Shown here: positions 18,790-29,148 of the stretch, piece by piece
Layout: each line of letters begins with the position of its first letter
How positions within the stretch are numbered: position 1 is the stretch's first letter
Source: an uncultured bacterium
GTDB lineage: Bacteria > Verrucomicrobiota > Verrucomicrobiia > Verrucomicrobiales > DEV007
Assembly: GCA_963977015.1 (NCBI GenBank)
Contig: CAXBMO010000028.1
Coordinates: 20,326 to 84,325 of the forward strand
DNA: 64,000 nucleotides
Direction of reading: 5' to 3'
The notes under the pieces: model-generated
Database searches by the model: none
Told to the model about the DNA's origin: nothing
Seen by the model: the letters and a program-made list of their open reading frames with translations, nothing else
Translations under genes and position numbers: made by a program

Positions 18790-19284
18790 ATGGAAACTGA
18801 AACTGTAGTCTGGCACGCCAAACCCTCGAATTGGTGCAAATTCAGCACCTACGCCGTTTGTCTCCTCCTCGCAGGAGGCATCGTCTCCGCCGCGATCCTG
18901 CTCGTGGAACCCCTGATTTACGCTGGAATCGCCCTGCCACTGCTCATTGCGCTGAGCACCTTCATCGCCATCAAGAGCACCACCTACAAACTCACCGATC
19001 AGCGCTTCTTCGTTGACGAAGGCATCTTCACCCGCATCTCCGACGAGCTCGAACTGTACCGGATCAAAGACATCACCGTGGTGCGCCCGTTTTTTCTCCG
19101 CCTGGTAGGACGCGGAAGCATCATTCTTCATACCAGCGACAAAACGCATCCTCGATTACGGATTCGCGGCGTTCGCGACATCGACCATGTCCGCGACCAA
19201 ATCCGCAACCTCGTCGAAATGTGGCGCGAGCGAAAACACGTCCGCGAGATCGACCGTTCCGGGGATCTGGAAATCGCCGGGTAG
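18790..19284 (+). CDS. Membrane protein with bacterial PH (bPH_2) domain
   Basis: Two TM helices followed by YKLTDQR..GIFTR..DELELYRIKD. Confidence 0.8.
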   Translation: METETVVWHAKPSNWCKFSTYAVCLLLAGGIVSAAILLVEPLIYAGIALPLLIALSTFIAIKSTTYKLTDQRFFVDEGIFTRISDELELYRIKDITVVRPFFLRLVGRGSIILHTSDKTHPRLRIRGVRDIDHVRDQIRNLVEMWRERKHVREIDRSGDLEIAG

Positions 19285-19312
19285 TTCTTTGCCGTTGAAA
19301 CCCGTGAAGCGA

Positions 19313-20557
19313 CTAAGTCGGCCCCAACCCCAATGCACGCCGCCGCACCAAGTCCAACGCCATGCGCGTGACCCGTTGCTTGAAGCTCAGGCGATCGCCG
19401 GAAAAGCGGTAGTGACGGACCCAGGTTTCGCCGCCTTTTGAGGCTTGGCCGACATAGACGGTGCCGACCGGCTTTTCTTCGGTGCCGCCGGTTGGCCCGG
19501 CGATTCCGGTGACGGAGACGGCGTGGTCGACGTTGCCGCGTTCGAGACAGCCTTCGGCCATGGCGCGGGCGACGGGTTCGCTGACGGCGCCGTGTTCGTC
19601 GAGCATGGACGCGGGAACGCCGAGCATTTCCATCTTGGCTTCGTTCGCATAGGTTACGTAACCCTGACGGAAGACGCCGGACGAGCCGGAGACGTTGGTA
19701 ACGGTATGGGCAATGAAGCCGCCGGTGCAGGATTCCGCGGTGGCGAGCCATTCGCCCTTTTCCGCGAGCAATTGAACCACCGTTTCCTCCAGAGTCCGTC
19801 CATCGCAGTTGATGAGGTGTTCCCCAAACTCGTCGCGAACCAATTTCTCGGCACGGTCGAGGACGTCAGGTGTCGCGATGACGCGGATATCGACTTCGCC
19901 AAGTCGCGCACAGTAGCCAATCTCGACATCTTCGAGCTGGCGCAACGGCTCTTCGATCACCTCGGCGATGTGACTTTCGCCAACGCCGATGATTCGGAAA
20001 TTGCGATAGGTCGGAACCTTGCCGGACACAGCCGCAACCATCTCGGCCAAACGCGGCTTCACGAGATTCTGAAACATGGGTTTCAGCTCACGCGGCGGCC
20101 CCGGCAACACGAAAATGTGGGGATTGCGGCCTTCGTGGGCCGGAAAGTAGAGACCGGGGGCCGTTCCGTTGGGATTGTCGAGCACGATGGAGCCGATCGG
20201 GACCATGGCCTGGCGTTTGTTCGTCTCCGGCATTTCTCGGCCAAACCGACGAAAGATGCGCCGAATCTGATCGACGATTTCTTCGTCGATCTCGAGGTCG
20301 AGCCCGAGCATCCCGGCAATGACTTCACGGGTGACGTCATCGCTCGTTGGTCCGAGGCCGCCGGTGACGAGGAGGACATCGGCCCGCGGAAAGGCTTCCG
20401 CCAACATCTCGGCGATCGGGTCGCCATCCGGAATGCAGGTCTGCCGCTGAATCCGCAACCCCAACGGCAGCAATTCTTCCCCGAGGTAGGCGACGTGCGT
20501 GTTCACCACCTGACCAAGCAAAAGCTCGGTTCCCGTGTTGATAACTTCAATTCTCAC
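19313..20557 (-). CDS. cinA: Competence/damage-inducible protein A (with PncC NMN deamidase domain)
   Basis: GTELLLGQVVNT, GGLGPTSDD, NGTAPG, AESCTGG and TGIAGPTGG. Confidence 0.95.
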   Translation of the reverse strand: MRIEVINTGTELLLGQVVNTHVAYLGEELLPLGLRIQRQTCIPDGDPIAEMLAEAFPRADVLLVTGGLGPTSDDVTREVIAGMLGLDLEIDEEIVDQIRRIFRRFGREMPETNKRQAMVPIGSIVLDNPNGTAPGLYFPAHEGRNPHIFVLPGPPRELKPMFQNLVKPRLAEMVAAVSGKVPTYRNFRIIGVGESHIAEVIEEPLRQLEDVEIGYCARLGEVDIRVIATPDVLDRAEKLVRDEFGEHLINCDGRTLEETVVQLLAEKGEWLATAESCTGGFIAHTVTNVSGSSGVFRQGYVTYANEAKMEMLGVPASMLDEHGAVSEPVARAMAEGCLERGNVDHAVSVTGIAGPTGGTEEKPVGTVYVGQASKGGETWVRHYRFSGDRLSFKQRVTRMALDLVRRRALGLGPT

Positions 20558-20571
20558 AGAACCACCCTAGC

Positions 20572-21513
20572 CTAGCTCTTCACCGATGCCAGCTTTGCGC
20601 GCACCAGCTTCGATTGCGCGGCGTCGAGGACCTGCCAGCAGGCGAGGCCGTTGCCAACCAGCTCCCATTCATCGAATTCCCAGACGACGGTCTTGTCGCG
20701 GGTGATTTCGAAAATCTGCGGGTTCCCCTCCCCTGCGTGGCAGTTGCCGACGATGAAGTTGCCGTTGGGAAGCTCCTGGAGACAGGTCGTCCATTGGAGT
20801 TCGATTTCGGTGCCGGGCACCTGCTTGGTGATGTCCCAAACGACTTCCCTGGCCGGCGTGACTTCGATGACGCTGTTGCCGCTTCCCGTTCCAATCAACG
20901 TGTTGCCGTTCTCCAGCCGGATCGCGCCGTAGACGCGGGTGTTGACCGGATACTCCCACACGATGTTGCCCTCCGGATCATACTCGGTGACGACGCCGGG
21001 ATTCTCGGCGCAGGCGAGGTAGTTCCCGTTTGCCAACATCCGCATCAACCGGGTATTTTTACGTCCACCCTCCCCCAGAGGAATGGACTTGGTGAGTTCA
21101 CCGGCCGGGTTGACGTGAATGATGCGCCCGACACCGCTCTCGACAATCACGGTCTCGCCGTTCGCGAGCCGGGCGAAGGCGTGCACATTCACCTTTTTCC
21201 CTTTGTTTCCGTTCGCGGTTTTGCAGTCGTATTCCCAGACGACTTCCTGGTTCAACGTGATCTCCTTGAGCGTCGTCCAGGTGTCGTGAAAGAGAATGTT
21301 TCCGTTCTCCAGCAAATGGACGTCGTGATGCCCGGCGTGGCCTTTGGCCGGACCTTCGGTATCGAATTTCCAGAGCACCTCACCATCCGCGTCACAAATC
21401 GCGAGGACGTTTTTTCCATACGAGGCACTGACAATGACGAGCCGATCTTCCTGCGCGGAGCCGAAGGCCGCGAGCGTCAAACTCAACAACGAAACGAGGC
21501 AAAATCTGGTCAT
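20572..21513 (-). CDS. Secreted beta-propeller protein (PQQ-like repeats)
   Basis: Signal peptide; repeated RL.NGN.LI and G.VVWE units. Confidence 0.75.
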   Translation of the reverse strand: MTRFCLVSLLSLTLAAFGSAQEDRLVIVSASYGKNVLAICDADGEVLWKFDTEGPAKGHAGHHDVHLLENGNILFHDTWTTLKEITLNQEVVWEYDCKTANGNKGKKVNVHAFARLANGETVIVESGVGRIIHVNPAGELTKSIPLGEGGRKNTRLMRMLANGNYLACAENPGVVTEYDPEGNIVWEYPVNTRVYGAIRLENGNTLIGTGSGNSVIEVTPAREVVWDITKQVPGTEIELQWTTCLQELPNGNFIVGNCHAGEGNPQIFEITRDKTVVWEFDEWELVGNGLACWQVLDAAQSKLVRAKLASVKS

Positions 21514-21635
21514 GAAACGAGCCTAGAGAGCCGAAAAGCGGATTGCACGACTTTTCGGTGTCCGGCGACCACCGCGTCACCTTCGCATCAAAATCCTTGC
21601 TTGCCGATTCGAGCGAAGCCGCCTAAGCCTCAGTC

Positions 21636-23186
21636 ATGACCGCGTTTCGCCTCCTCCTTCCGTTCCTCCTGGTTGGCTCCTTGTTCGGGGGCCCGAATGA
21701 GGATTCGCAAACCGCCAATGGAAGCGTCTTTCACGACTTCAACGACAACGGAGTTCGCGATGCCGGCGAACCCGGAATTGGCGGCGTGCTGGTTTCGAAT
21801 CAGATTGAGGTCGTCAAGACCGACTCTGACGGAAACTGGCAACTTCCGGTCCGGGAAGACTGCATTTTCTTCGTCAACAAACCCAGTGGTTGGATGACGC
21901 CGGTCGACTCCAGGATGCTTCCGCGCTTCTACTACAATCATAAGCCCAATGGTTCACCCAAGACGAAGTATGCCGGGGTGAAGCCAACCGGACCGCTGCC
22001 GCAATCGATCGACTTCCCGCTCACCAAACAAACTGAGCCGGGCTTGTTCAAGGCCGTCTTCCTGGCGGACCCGCAGTGTCGCGATCAAAAGGAGTTGGAC
22101 TACCTGGCCCACGACGTTGTCGAGGAGCTGATTGGCACGGAAGGGCGGTTTGGCGTGACGCTCGGCGACATCCTCTTCGATGACCTGTCGTTGTATGATA
22201 ACCACAACGCGTTGGTCGCTCTGATCGGCGTTCCCTGGTACAATGTGATTGGGAATCACGATCTGAATTTCGACGCGCCCAACGACACGCTCTCGGACGA
22301 AACCTTCGAACGCGTTTTCGGCCCCGCCTATTACGCCTATTCCTACGGCCCGGTGAATTTCATCGTTCTCGACAATGTGAACTGGCGCGGACGGGAAAAC
22401 GGCTATGACGGAAACCTCGGCGCGGATCAACTGACCTTCCTCAAAAACCTGATCCCGCAGTTGCCGGAAGACGAGATGCTGGTTCTCCTCATGCATATCC
22501 CGCTCGGCTTGACCAAGGATCGCGAGGAACTGTTTCGTCTGATCGAACATCGTCCCTACACCTTGTCGCTCGCTGGACACACCCACTGGCAGGCGCATCA
22601 GTTTCTCGACGCGAACGATGGCTGGCGCGGCACGAGCCGGCATCAACATGTGATCGCAGTGACGGCTTCGGGAAGTTGGTGGGGCGGCGAACCCGACGAA
22701 AACGGAATCCCCCACACGATGATGCGCGATGGCGCGCCGAACGGGTATCTGCTGGTAACCTTCAATGGTCAGCAAGCCATCGTGGACTTCAAAGCGGCAC
22801 GGCGCCCCGCCGACTACCAGATCCGGGTCGTTTCTCCGGAGCGAGTTTCCGCGGCGGACGCTCCCAAGCACGAAGTGTTTGCCAACGTCTTCAACGGATC
22901 GGAGAAATCGACCGTCCGGTTTCGCGTGGGGGCCGAAGGAACCTGGCTCGAAATGACGAAGACGGTCGAACCCTCGCCCGCTTTCCTCCGCCTGAAGGCC
23001 AACGAGGAGATCGTGGGTCCGGACAATCTCCAGGGCCGCCCGCTCGGCGGAGTCGTCAAGAGCGCGCATCTGTGGAAGGCCGCGTTGCCGAGCGATCTGA
23101 AACCGGGACTACACCGGATTTTCGTTCAATCCAACGACATGTACGGTCGGGTTTTGCACGCCAATCGCTCGATCCGGATCGAGTAG
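21636..23186 (+). CDS. Secreted calcineurin-like metallophosphoesterase
   Basis: ADPQ, LGDI, GNHD, MHIP and GHTH metallophosphoesterase motifs; N-terminal SdrD-like segment. Confidence 0.9.
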   Translation: MTAFRLLLPFLLVGSLFGGPNEDSQTANGSVFHDFNDNGVRDAGEPGIGGVLVSNQIEVVKTDSDGNWQLPVREDCIFFVNKPSGWMTPVDSRMLPRFYYNHKPNGSPKTKYAGVKPTGPLPQSIDFPLTKQTEPGLFKAVFLADPQCRDQKELDYLAHDVVEELIGTEGRFGVTLGDILFDDLSLYDNHNALVALIGVPWYNVIGNHDLNFDAPNDTLSDETFERVFGPAYYAYSYGPVNFIVLDNVNWRGRENGYDGNLGADQLTFLKNLIPQLPEDEMLVLLMHIPLGLTKDREELFRLIEHRPYTLSLAGHTHWQAHQFLDANDGWRGTSRHQHVIAVTASGSWWGGEPDENGIPHTMMRDGAPNGYLLVTFNGQQAIVDFKAARRPADYQIRVVSPERVSAADAPKHEVFANVFNGSEKSTVRFRVGAEGTWLEMTKTVEPSPAFLRLKANEEIVGPDNLQGRPLGGVVKSAHLWKAALPSDLKPGLHRIFVQSNDMYGRVLHANRSIRIE

Positions 23187-23300
23187 CTGCGATGCAACCA
23201 TCGTCGGCCAGTCATTCCTGAAAGCTCACGACTCAGACGAGCCTTCGCCATGACGCCTCCAAACCGATCCGGGATCGTCCCCGGATCGCCCGATTGCTGT

Positions 23301-23316
23301 TGGCACGCAATCTGCT
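23301..23316 (+). promoter_or_regulatory. Sigma-54 (-24/-12) promoter
   Basis: TGGCACGCAATCTGCT: GG-N10-GC, close to the consensus TGGCACG-N4-TTGC. Confidence 0.65.
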
Positions 23317-23319
23317 CCA

Positions 23320-25488
23320 ATGGCCCCTGTGTCGGACCCATCCCCATCCTCTGATTACAGCAACCTGGTCGATCCTTTTATCGGTTGCGAAGCCACCCAA
23401 CTTCCTGCCCCGGAGGGAATTGCCGCCACCTGGTGGTGTGCCAAGCCTGCAATCGGAAACACCCACCCGGGAGCAACCCTCCCCTTCGGCATGGTCTCGG
23501 CCTGCGCCTATTCCGGAGCTTATGTCACCGGGTATGGTCAGTATCCGGTTTCGCTCGATGGTGGACCGCCTCCCAAGTGGCTGGAACGGCATGAAGCGCG
23601 GGGGATCGCCCACTTTCAGCAAAGTGGCACCGGGCGCATCCGCATGTATTACAATTACCTGCTCACGACACCGCTCGTCGGCGAAGGCTTGGAGGGATTG
23701 GGTGACGCGTTTGGGCTCATCGAGGAGAAAGCGTCTCCGGGTTACTATGCGGGGAAGTTTGAGGAATCGGATGTCGCCTTTGAAATCACGGCCAGCGCGC
23801 GGGCCATCCATCATCACTACCAGTTTCCGGCCTCGAAAACGCCGAAAATCGCGATCGACATTTCGGCCGGCGGACTGAGGATCGAAGGGATGGAGACAAG
23901 GCCTTCCCAGGCCAGCTTTGGCTTCGTCAGCCCGCAAGCCTGCCGAGGTTGGGCGACGATGGAGGGCGTCCCGATTCACTTTTGTATCGAGGCCAAAACG
24001 CCGTTGGCCACCGGGGGAATTTGGGTGGACAACAAGATCCTGGAAGATTCGGAGTCCTGGTTCCTCAACGCGGAAGCGCGGGAGAAGGGAAGCCGGTTCG
24101 GAATCTGGTTTGAGGCGGAATCAGGTTCGGAAATCGAGTTTCGGATCGGATTCTCGCTGCAGAGTCTGGAACGCGCCGAAAACGCGCTGGCCGCCGTCCA
24201 TCACGAAACCTTCCCGGAGTTGACGGACGACGCGTCCCGTTACTGGAATGATCGTCTCTCCAAAATCGAGGTTTCCGGCGGGACCGAGGACGAACGACAG
24301 ATTTTCTACACCTCCTTTTACCACGCCATTCTCAAACCGGCGGATTTTCATGATGAAAATCCATTTACGAAACTGCCCGGACCTTTTTTCCTCGATCTTT
24401 CGACGCTGTGGGATCTCTACAAGACGCAGTTGCCCCTGGTAATGACGTTGTGGCCGGAATGGGGACGCGATTTTGTGGAGTTCCTTACCGAGGTTGAAGA
24501 GCGGGAAGGCGCGTTTCCGATCAGTTACCTGATGGATAACGTTCCGGAACGCTTCGCCAAACAGGCGACCGGGCTTTGTCACCTCATTCTCTACGATGCG
24601 CATCTTCGCGGCGTCGAAGGCGACTGGGACCGCGTTCTCAACGATCTCTGGCGCGCCAGCCGCAAAGGCAAGTTCCGCGAGTTCCGCAATAAACACGTGG
24701 TTCAGCCGCTTTCGCACTCGCTCGATCTCTCCACCGCCTATTTCAGCATGGCACAGCTCGCCAAGCAGCTGGGTGAGCAGCTGATCTACGACAAATCGAT
24801 CGAGCGCGCGCCCTACTGGATCAACGCGTTTGATGATCGCACCGGCCTGCTCAAACCGGATTCGACCTATTACGAGGGCGAAAACTGGAACTACTCGTTC
24901 CGCTTTCTTCACGACATGGCGGGCCGAATCGAGATCGCGGGCGGCGAACGTTATTTTGTCGAGTTGCTCGACCTGTTTTTCGGCTTCTCCGAACCTCAGC
25001 CAGGCCAGCAGGTCCATCGCTTTGAGGGATTGAACAACGAGCCGGACATGGAAGCGCCGTATGCCTATATTTATGCGGGCCGGCACGATCGCACGGCTCG
25101 GGTCGTTCGCCGCGTCATGCGGAATCAATTTGCGACCGGGCGCGGCGGTTTGCCCGGCAACGAGGACTCCGGGGCGCTTTCATCCTGGTTTGTCTGGAAC
25201 GCGGTCGGGATTTTTCCGGTGACCGGTCAACCCGTCATGCTGATCGGCAGTCCCTTGTTCGAACGCTCAGTGATTCATCTGCCAAACGACGCGGTTTTCG
25301 TGATCGAGGCGGAAGACCACACGCCGGAAAATGTCTACGTCGCCTCGGCAACCCTCAATGACGAGCCGCTGGATCGCGCGTGGCTCAGACTGAACGAATT
25401 TCAGGATGGAGGGGTTTTGAAGCTGGTGATGAGCGCGGAATCCTCCGGCTGGGCCTCACAAACCCGCCCGCCCTCCGTCACCACCTGA
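23320..25488 (+). CDS. GH92 alpha-mannosidase family protein, no signal peptide
   Basis: VDPFIG, PGATLPFGMV, ASPGYY, LWDLYKT, NNEPD and PGNEDSGALSSWFV. True start may be GTG 23329. Confidence 0.9.
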   Translation: MAPVSDPSPSSDYSNLVDPFIGCEATQLPAPEGIAATWWCAKPAIGNTHPGATLPFGMVSACAYSGAYVTGYGQYPVSLDGGPPPKWLERHEARGIAHFQQSGTGRIRMYYNYLLTTPLVGEGLEGLGDAFGLIEEKASPGYYAGKFEESDVAFEITASARAIHHHYQFPASKTPKIAIDISAGGLRIEGMETRPSQASFGFVSPQACRGWATMEGVPIHFCIEAKTPLATGGIWVDNKILEDSESWFLNAEAREKGSRFGIWFEAESGSEIEFRIGFSLQSLERAENALAAVHHETFPELTDDASRYWNDRLSKIEVSGGTEDERQIFYTSFYHAILKPADFHDENPFTKLPGPFFLDLSTLWDLYKTQLPLVMTLWPEWGRDFVEFLTEVEEREGAFPISYLMDNVPERFAKQATGLCHLILYDAHLRGVEGDWDRVLNDLWRASRKGKFREFRNKHVVQPLSHSLDLSTAYFSMAQLAKQLGEQLIYDKSIERAPYWINAFDDRTGLLKPDSTYYEGENWNYSFRFLHDMAGRIEIAGGERYFVELLDLFFGFSEPQPGQQVHRFEGLNNEPDMEAPYAYIYAGRHDRTARVVRRVMRNQFATGRGGLPGNEDSGALSSWFVWNAVGIFPVTGQPVMLIGSPLFERSVIHLPNDAVFVIEAEDHTPENVYVASATLNDEPLDRAWLRLNEFQDGGVLKLVMSAESSGWASQTRPPSVTT

Positions 25489-25535
25489 AGCGTGACGAGA
25501 ACGTTTCATTAACTTTTCCTTAATTTCTCCCATTG

Positions 25536-25551
25536 TGGCACATCATCTGCT
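25536..25551 (+). promoter_or_regulatory. Sigma-54 (-24/-12) promoter
   Basis: TGGCACATCATCTGCT: GG-N10-GC, ending 27 bp before the GT4 ATG. Confidence 0.65.
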
Positions 25552-25578
25552 CAAAACCGTTCCCACCCACATAAGACC

Positions 25579-26928
25579 ATGAAAACCCTACCACGCCACC
25601 AGCCTGGAAAGAGACGTGACTTCGATCATCGCAGTCCGTCAAAAAACGAAGATGTCTCCAACCTCATCCTGGTCGTTCGAGCAGACCCCATTATCTGCGG
25701 CCATTCGACCGAGGCGCGAAATCTTGCCGAAGCCGCGATCGAAATGGGAATGAAGTCGGTTCACATCGTCAGTTATCCCATCGAAACGCTTCAGGGCAGC
25801 GGTTTGCCGCTCAAACCGCTCGAAACCATCTCCCACTACTCGCAAGGAATTTCCGTGGATCGCCCGGAACCGATTGGCGACTACAAGATTCTCGACCAGC
25901 GACTCTCGCTCGGTATCGCCGGTCACCTCACCGACCTGCTCTATCAGCTCCCCGGCCGGACGATGCTGATGGATCTTTACCTCGTTCCGCATGGTCAAAT
26001 GGTGATATCCGCAGTGTCCAGCTTTGAACACTCTGGCACGAATCCGTCAGTGTTCACGGTTGGAGAGGCGGTCGGCTCTGACATCACCAACGTGGTTTCG
26101 AACGCGATTCAAGCCGGAAAATTCGGTGCGGCCCAGATGGTGCTTTCCAATTATCTGGCCCACGATCTCCCCGTCGCCGTCAGCGCGTTTACCCGCGACA
26201 TGATCGTGGAGGCGGGTCAGGAAGTCGACAACGCGCTACACACCACATTTGCGGAACAACTCCGCCGTCGCGTCCAAATCAGCTTTCCGGCCATCGACAC
26301 GAAAGCCTACACCACGATCGAAAGTCGGTCCTCCGAGCAGGCCGAGATCCTTCGCCAACGCAATTTGACGCCGGACGGCTATCTGATGTTCCTTTCGCGA
26401 ATCGCCCCGGCAAAGGGCGTCGACGATTTGATCGAAGCCTACAAATCCAGCGAACTTTACGGGCGAAAACAGCTCGTCATCTGCGGAAACGGCCCTTCCA
26501 AAGCAGCCATCCAGGCCCTCGCGGCGACGGATTCCAACATCCGCGTTCTGGACGATGTGAGCGACGATGAGAAAGGATTCCTGATGCACGGCTGCTTCGC
26601 CTGGTGCCTCCCGAGCAAGCCTCAACCGGAATTTATCGAAACGTTCGGCATCGCCGTCGCGGAGAAGATGCTGGCGGGTGGTCTCGGCCCCGTCATCACG
26701 ACCCGCACCGGCGGAATTCCTGAAGCCAGCGGGGGTTTTTGCCTCGAACACGAAGCCGGAAACGTCGGCGAACTCCGCAATTGCCTCAATCAGGCGGCTG
26801 CGATGTCTCCGACGGATCGCGAAAATCTCAATCGCGCCGCCCGCGACTTCGCTCTCACCTTCGACCGCCAACGGGTTCTCCAGAATTTGCTGGCCAAAAC
26901 GAAGGTAATGGGTGGGTTGTTGGCCTGA
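25579..26928 (+). CDS. GT4-family glycosyltransferase
   Basis: FLSRIAPAKGVDDLI; ETFGIAVAE (EX7E); TRTGGIPE. Confidence 0.88.
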   Translation: MKTLPRHQPGKRRDFDHRSPSKNEDVSNLILVVRADPIICGHSTEARNLAEAAIEMGMKSVHIVSYPIETLQGSGLPLKPLETISHYSQGISVDRPEPIGDYKILDQRLSLGIAGHLTDLLYQLPGRTMLMDLYLVPHGQMVISAVSSFEHSGTNPSVFTVGEAVGSDITNVVSNAIQAGKFGAAQMVLSNYLAHDLPVAVSAFTRDMIVEAGQEVDNALHTTFAEQLRRRVQISFPAIDTKAYTTIESRSSEQAEILRQRNLTPDGYLMFLSRIAPAKGVDDLIEAYKSSELYGRKQLVICGNGPSKAAIQALAATDSNIRVLDDVSDDEKGFLMHGCFAWCLPSKPQPEFIETFGIAVAEKMLAGGLGPVITTRTGGIPEASGGFCLEHEAGNVGELRNCLNQAAAMSPTDRENLNRAARDFALTFDRQRVLQNLLAKTKVMGGLLA

Positions 26929-27059
26929 TTCACCTGGCCGCCTCATCAACCTTGAGCCAAACCGGAATCCTCGCCACCCGCCAAAACCAGTGATCGGGGC
27001 GCAAGCTGACGTGATTCCAAGTTGAAAGCACCCGGACACGTGCTTAAGAAGTGCGCATC

Positions 27060-28151
27060 ATGGCCGACGAAGTCGATTCCATTTCCAAATCCAAACCGGG
27101 CGACTTTGCTGACGCTCCCATCAATCAGTCCCTCACCAAGGAGGACAAGATCGGGTTACTCAACCAGATGCTGCGTATTCGCCGCTTCGAGGAGACCGCG
27201 AACAAGTATTACAGTGCCGGGAAAATGGGAGGTTTCCTCCACCTCTACATCGGTCAGGAAGCCGTCGCGGTTTCCGCGGCTTCATTGATGGGGGACGATG
27301 ACCACATGATCACCGCGTATCGCGATCACGGTCATGGATTGGCAGTCGGGATGACGATGAATGAGTGTATGGCCGAGCTTTTCGGACGCGAGACCGGTTG
27401 TTCCAAGGGCAAGGGCGGATCGATGCACTACTTTGCGCCGGACAAGAACTATTGGGGTGGCCACGGTATCGTTGCCGGGCAAACTCCGCTGGGGCTGGGA
27501 ATCGCCTACGCGCTGAAATACCACGAGAAAGAGGGTTGCTGCATGTGTTTCCTCGGCGATGGCGCGGTCAACCAGGGCGCGTTTCACGAATCGTTGAATC
27601 TGGCTGAACTCTGGGATGTCCCGGTCATCTACATCATCGAGAACAACGGTTACTCGATGGGAACCAGCCAGGAACGTTCCTCAGCCCATGGAGAACACCT
27701 TGCCCAACGCGCCGAAGCCTATGGCATGGAGTGGGCCGTGATGAACGGATCCCACATTTACGAGCTGCGCGACGGAATCGGCAAAGCGATTGAGCGGGCC
27801 CACAAAGAGTCCCGCCCAACCATGCTGGAGGTCGATACCTATCGTTATCGCGGTCACTCCGTGGCGGATGCGAACGCAACCAAGTATCGCACCAAGGACG
27901 AAATCGAGGACTACAAGAACAATCACGACCCCCTCAATCTGTGGAAACAGCAGTTGGAGGACGAAGGTCTCCTCACGGAAGAGGACTACAAGCAGATGAA
28001 CAAAGACGCCAAGCTCGAGGCTGAAGCGTCCGCTGAATTTGCCGAGCAGAGCAACTGGCCACCGGAAAGCGACATCATGAAGGACATCTACTACGAGGTG
28101 GATGAGCAGACTGAAGCTGGATTGACCGGACAACACTTTTTCAACCACTAA
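27060..28151 (+). CDS. pdhA: Pyruvate dehydrogenase E1 alpha
   Basis: GFLHLYIGQEA, YRDHGH, GKGGSMH, GDGAVNQG and YRYRGHS. Confidence 0.96.
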   Translation: MADEVDSISKSKPGDFADAPINQSLTKEDKIGLLNQMLRIRRFEETANKYYSAGKMGGFLHLYIGQEAVAVSAASLMGDDDHMITAYRDHGHGLAVGMTMNECMAELFGRETGCSKGKGGSMHYFAPDKNYWGGHGIVAGQTPLGLGIAYALKYHEKEGCCMCFLGDGAVNQGAFHESLNLAELWDVPVIYIIENNGYSMGTSQERSSAHGEHLAQRAEAYGMEWAVMNGSHIYELRDGIGKAIERAHKESRPTMLEVDTYRYRGHSVADANATKYRTKDEIEDYKNNHDPLNLWKQQLEDEGLLTEEDYKQMNKDAKLEAEASAEFAEQSNWPPESDIMKDIYYEVDEQTEAGLTGQHFFNH

Positions 28152-28152
28152 G

Positions 28153-29127
28153 ATGCCCGAGATCACTTATCGCCAGGCCCTGAATGAAGCGCTCGCCGAG
28201 GAAATCGAGCGAGATCCCAACGTCTTCATCATGGGAGAAGAAGTTGCCCAGTACAACGGAGCCTACAAGGTTACCGAAGGCTTGTGGAAGAAGTATGGCG
28301 ACAAACGCGTCGTCGATGCGCCCATCAGTGAAGCCGGTTTCATCGGCATGGGTGTCGGCGCCTCCATGTTGGGCCTTCGCCCCGTGATGGAGCTGATGTT
28401 CTGGAGCTTCGCTTACGTCGCGTTCGACCAAATGATCAACAACGCGGCAACCGTTCGCTACATGTCGGGCGGCTTGATCCACTGTCCGATCGTGGTTCGC
28501 GGCCCCGCAAACGGCGGCACCAACGTGGGAGCCACCCACAGTCACACGCCGGAAAACCTGTTCGCCAACATGCCTGGACTGAAAGTCTGCGTCCCAGCAA
28601 CGGCGTATGATGCCAAGGGCCTCATGAAAACGGCGATTCGGGACAACGATCCGGTTTACGTCATGGAGAACACGCTTCTATACGGCGAAACCTGGGAAGT
28701 TCCGGAAGGCGAATACACCATTCCGCTCGGCGTGGCAGATGTGAAGAAGCACGGTTCCGACATTTCCCTGATCGCCCACGGTCGCGCAGCCCTGACCTGC
28801 CTGAAAGCGGCAGAAATCCTCGCGGAGGACTACAATATCGATGCCGAAGTCGTCGATTTGCGCTCCATTCGCCCGTTGGATGAGGCGGCCATTCTCGAGA
28901 GCGTCAGAAAAACGAATCGCGCTGTGGTGGTTGAAGAGAACAAGCCATTCTGCGGCGTTGGCGCTCAAATTGCCTCCCTCATCAGCGAAAAAGCGTTCGA
29001 TGATCTCGATGCTCCCGTGATGCGACTTTCCGCCATGGATGCACCGGCGATCTACAGCCCAAAACTTGAGGAACTCCAGCTTCCTCGTCCCAACGACGTT
29101 GTCGAAAAAGTACTCGCAATATCCTAG
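28153..29127 (+). CDS. pdhB: Pyruvate dehydrogenase E1 beta
   Basis: MGEEVAQYNGAYKVT, PISEAGFIG and DLRSIRPLD. Confidence 0.96.
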   Translation: MPEITYRQALNEALAEEIERDPNVFIMGEEVAQYNGAYKVTEGLWKKYGDKRVVDAPISEAGFIGMGVGASMLGLRPVMELMFWSFAYVAFDQMINNAATVRYMSGGLIHCPIVVRGPANGGTNVGATHSHTPENLFANMPGLKVCVPATAYDAKGLMKTAIRDNDPVYVMENTLLYGETWEVPEGEYTIPLGVADVKKHGSDISLIAHGRAALTCLKAAEILAEDYNIDAEVVDLRSIRPLDEAAILESVRKTNRAVVVEENKPFCGVGAQIASLISEKAFDDLDAPVMRLSAMDAPAIYSPKLEELQLPRPNDVVEKVLAIS

Positions 29128-29148
29128 GGAAAGTCCCATCCTGACATT

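Noticed and set aside
1-20557. NAD-themed cluster (nadA, TIR fragment, cinA)
   Set aside because: The genes are far apart and separated by unrelated housekeeping operons; probably coincidence.
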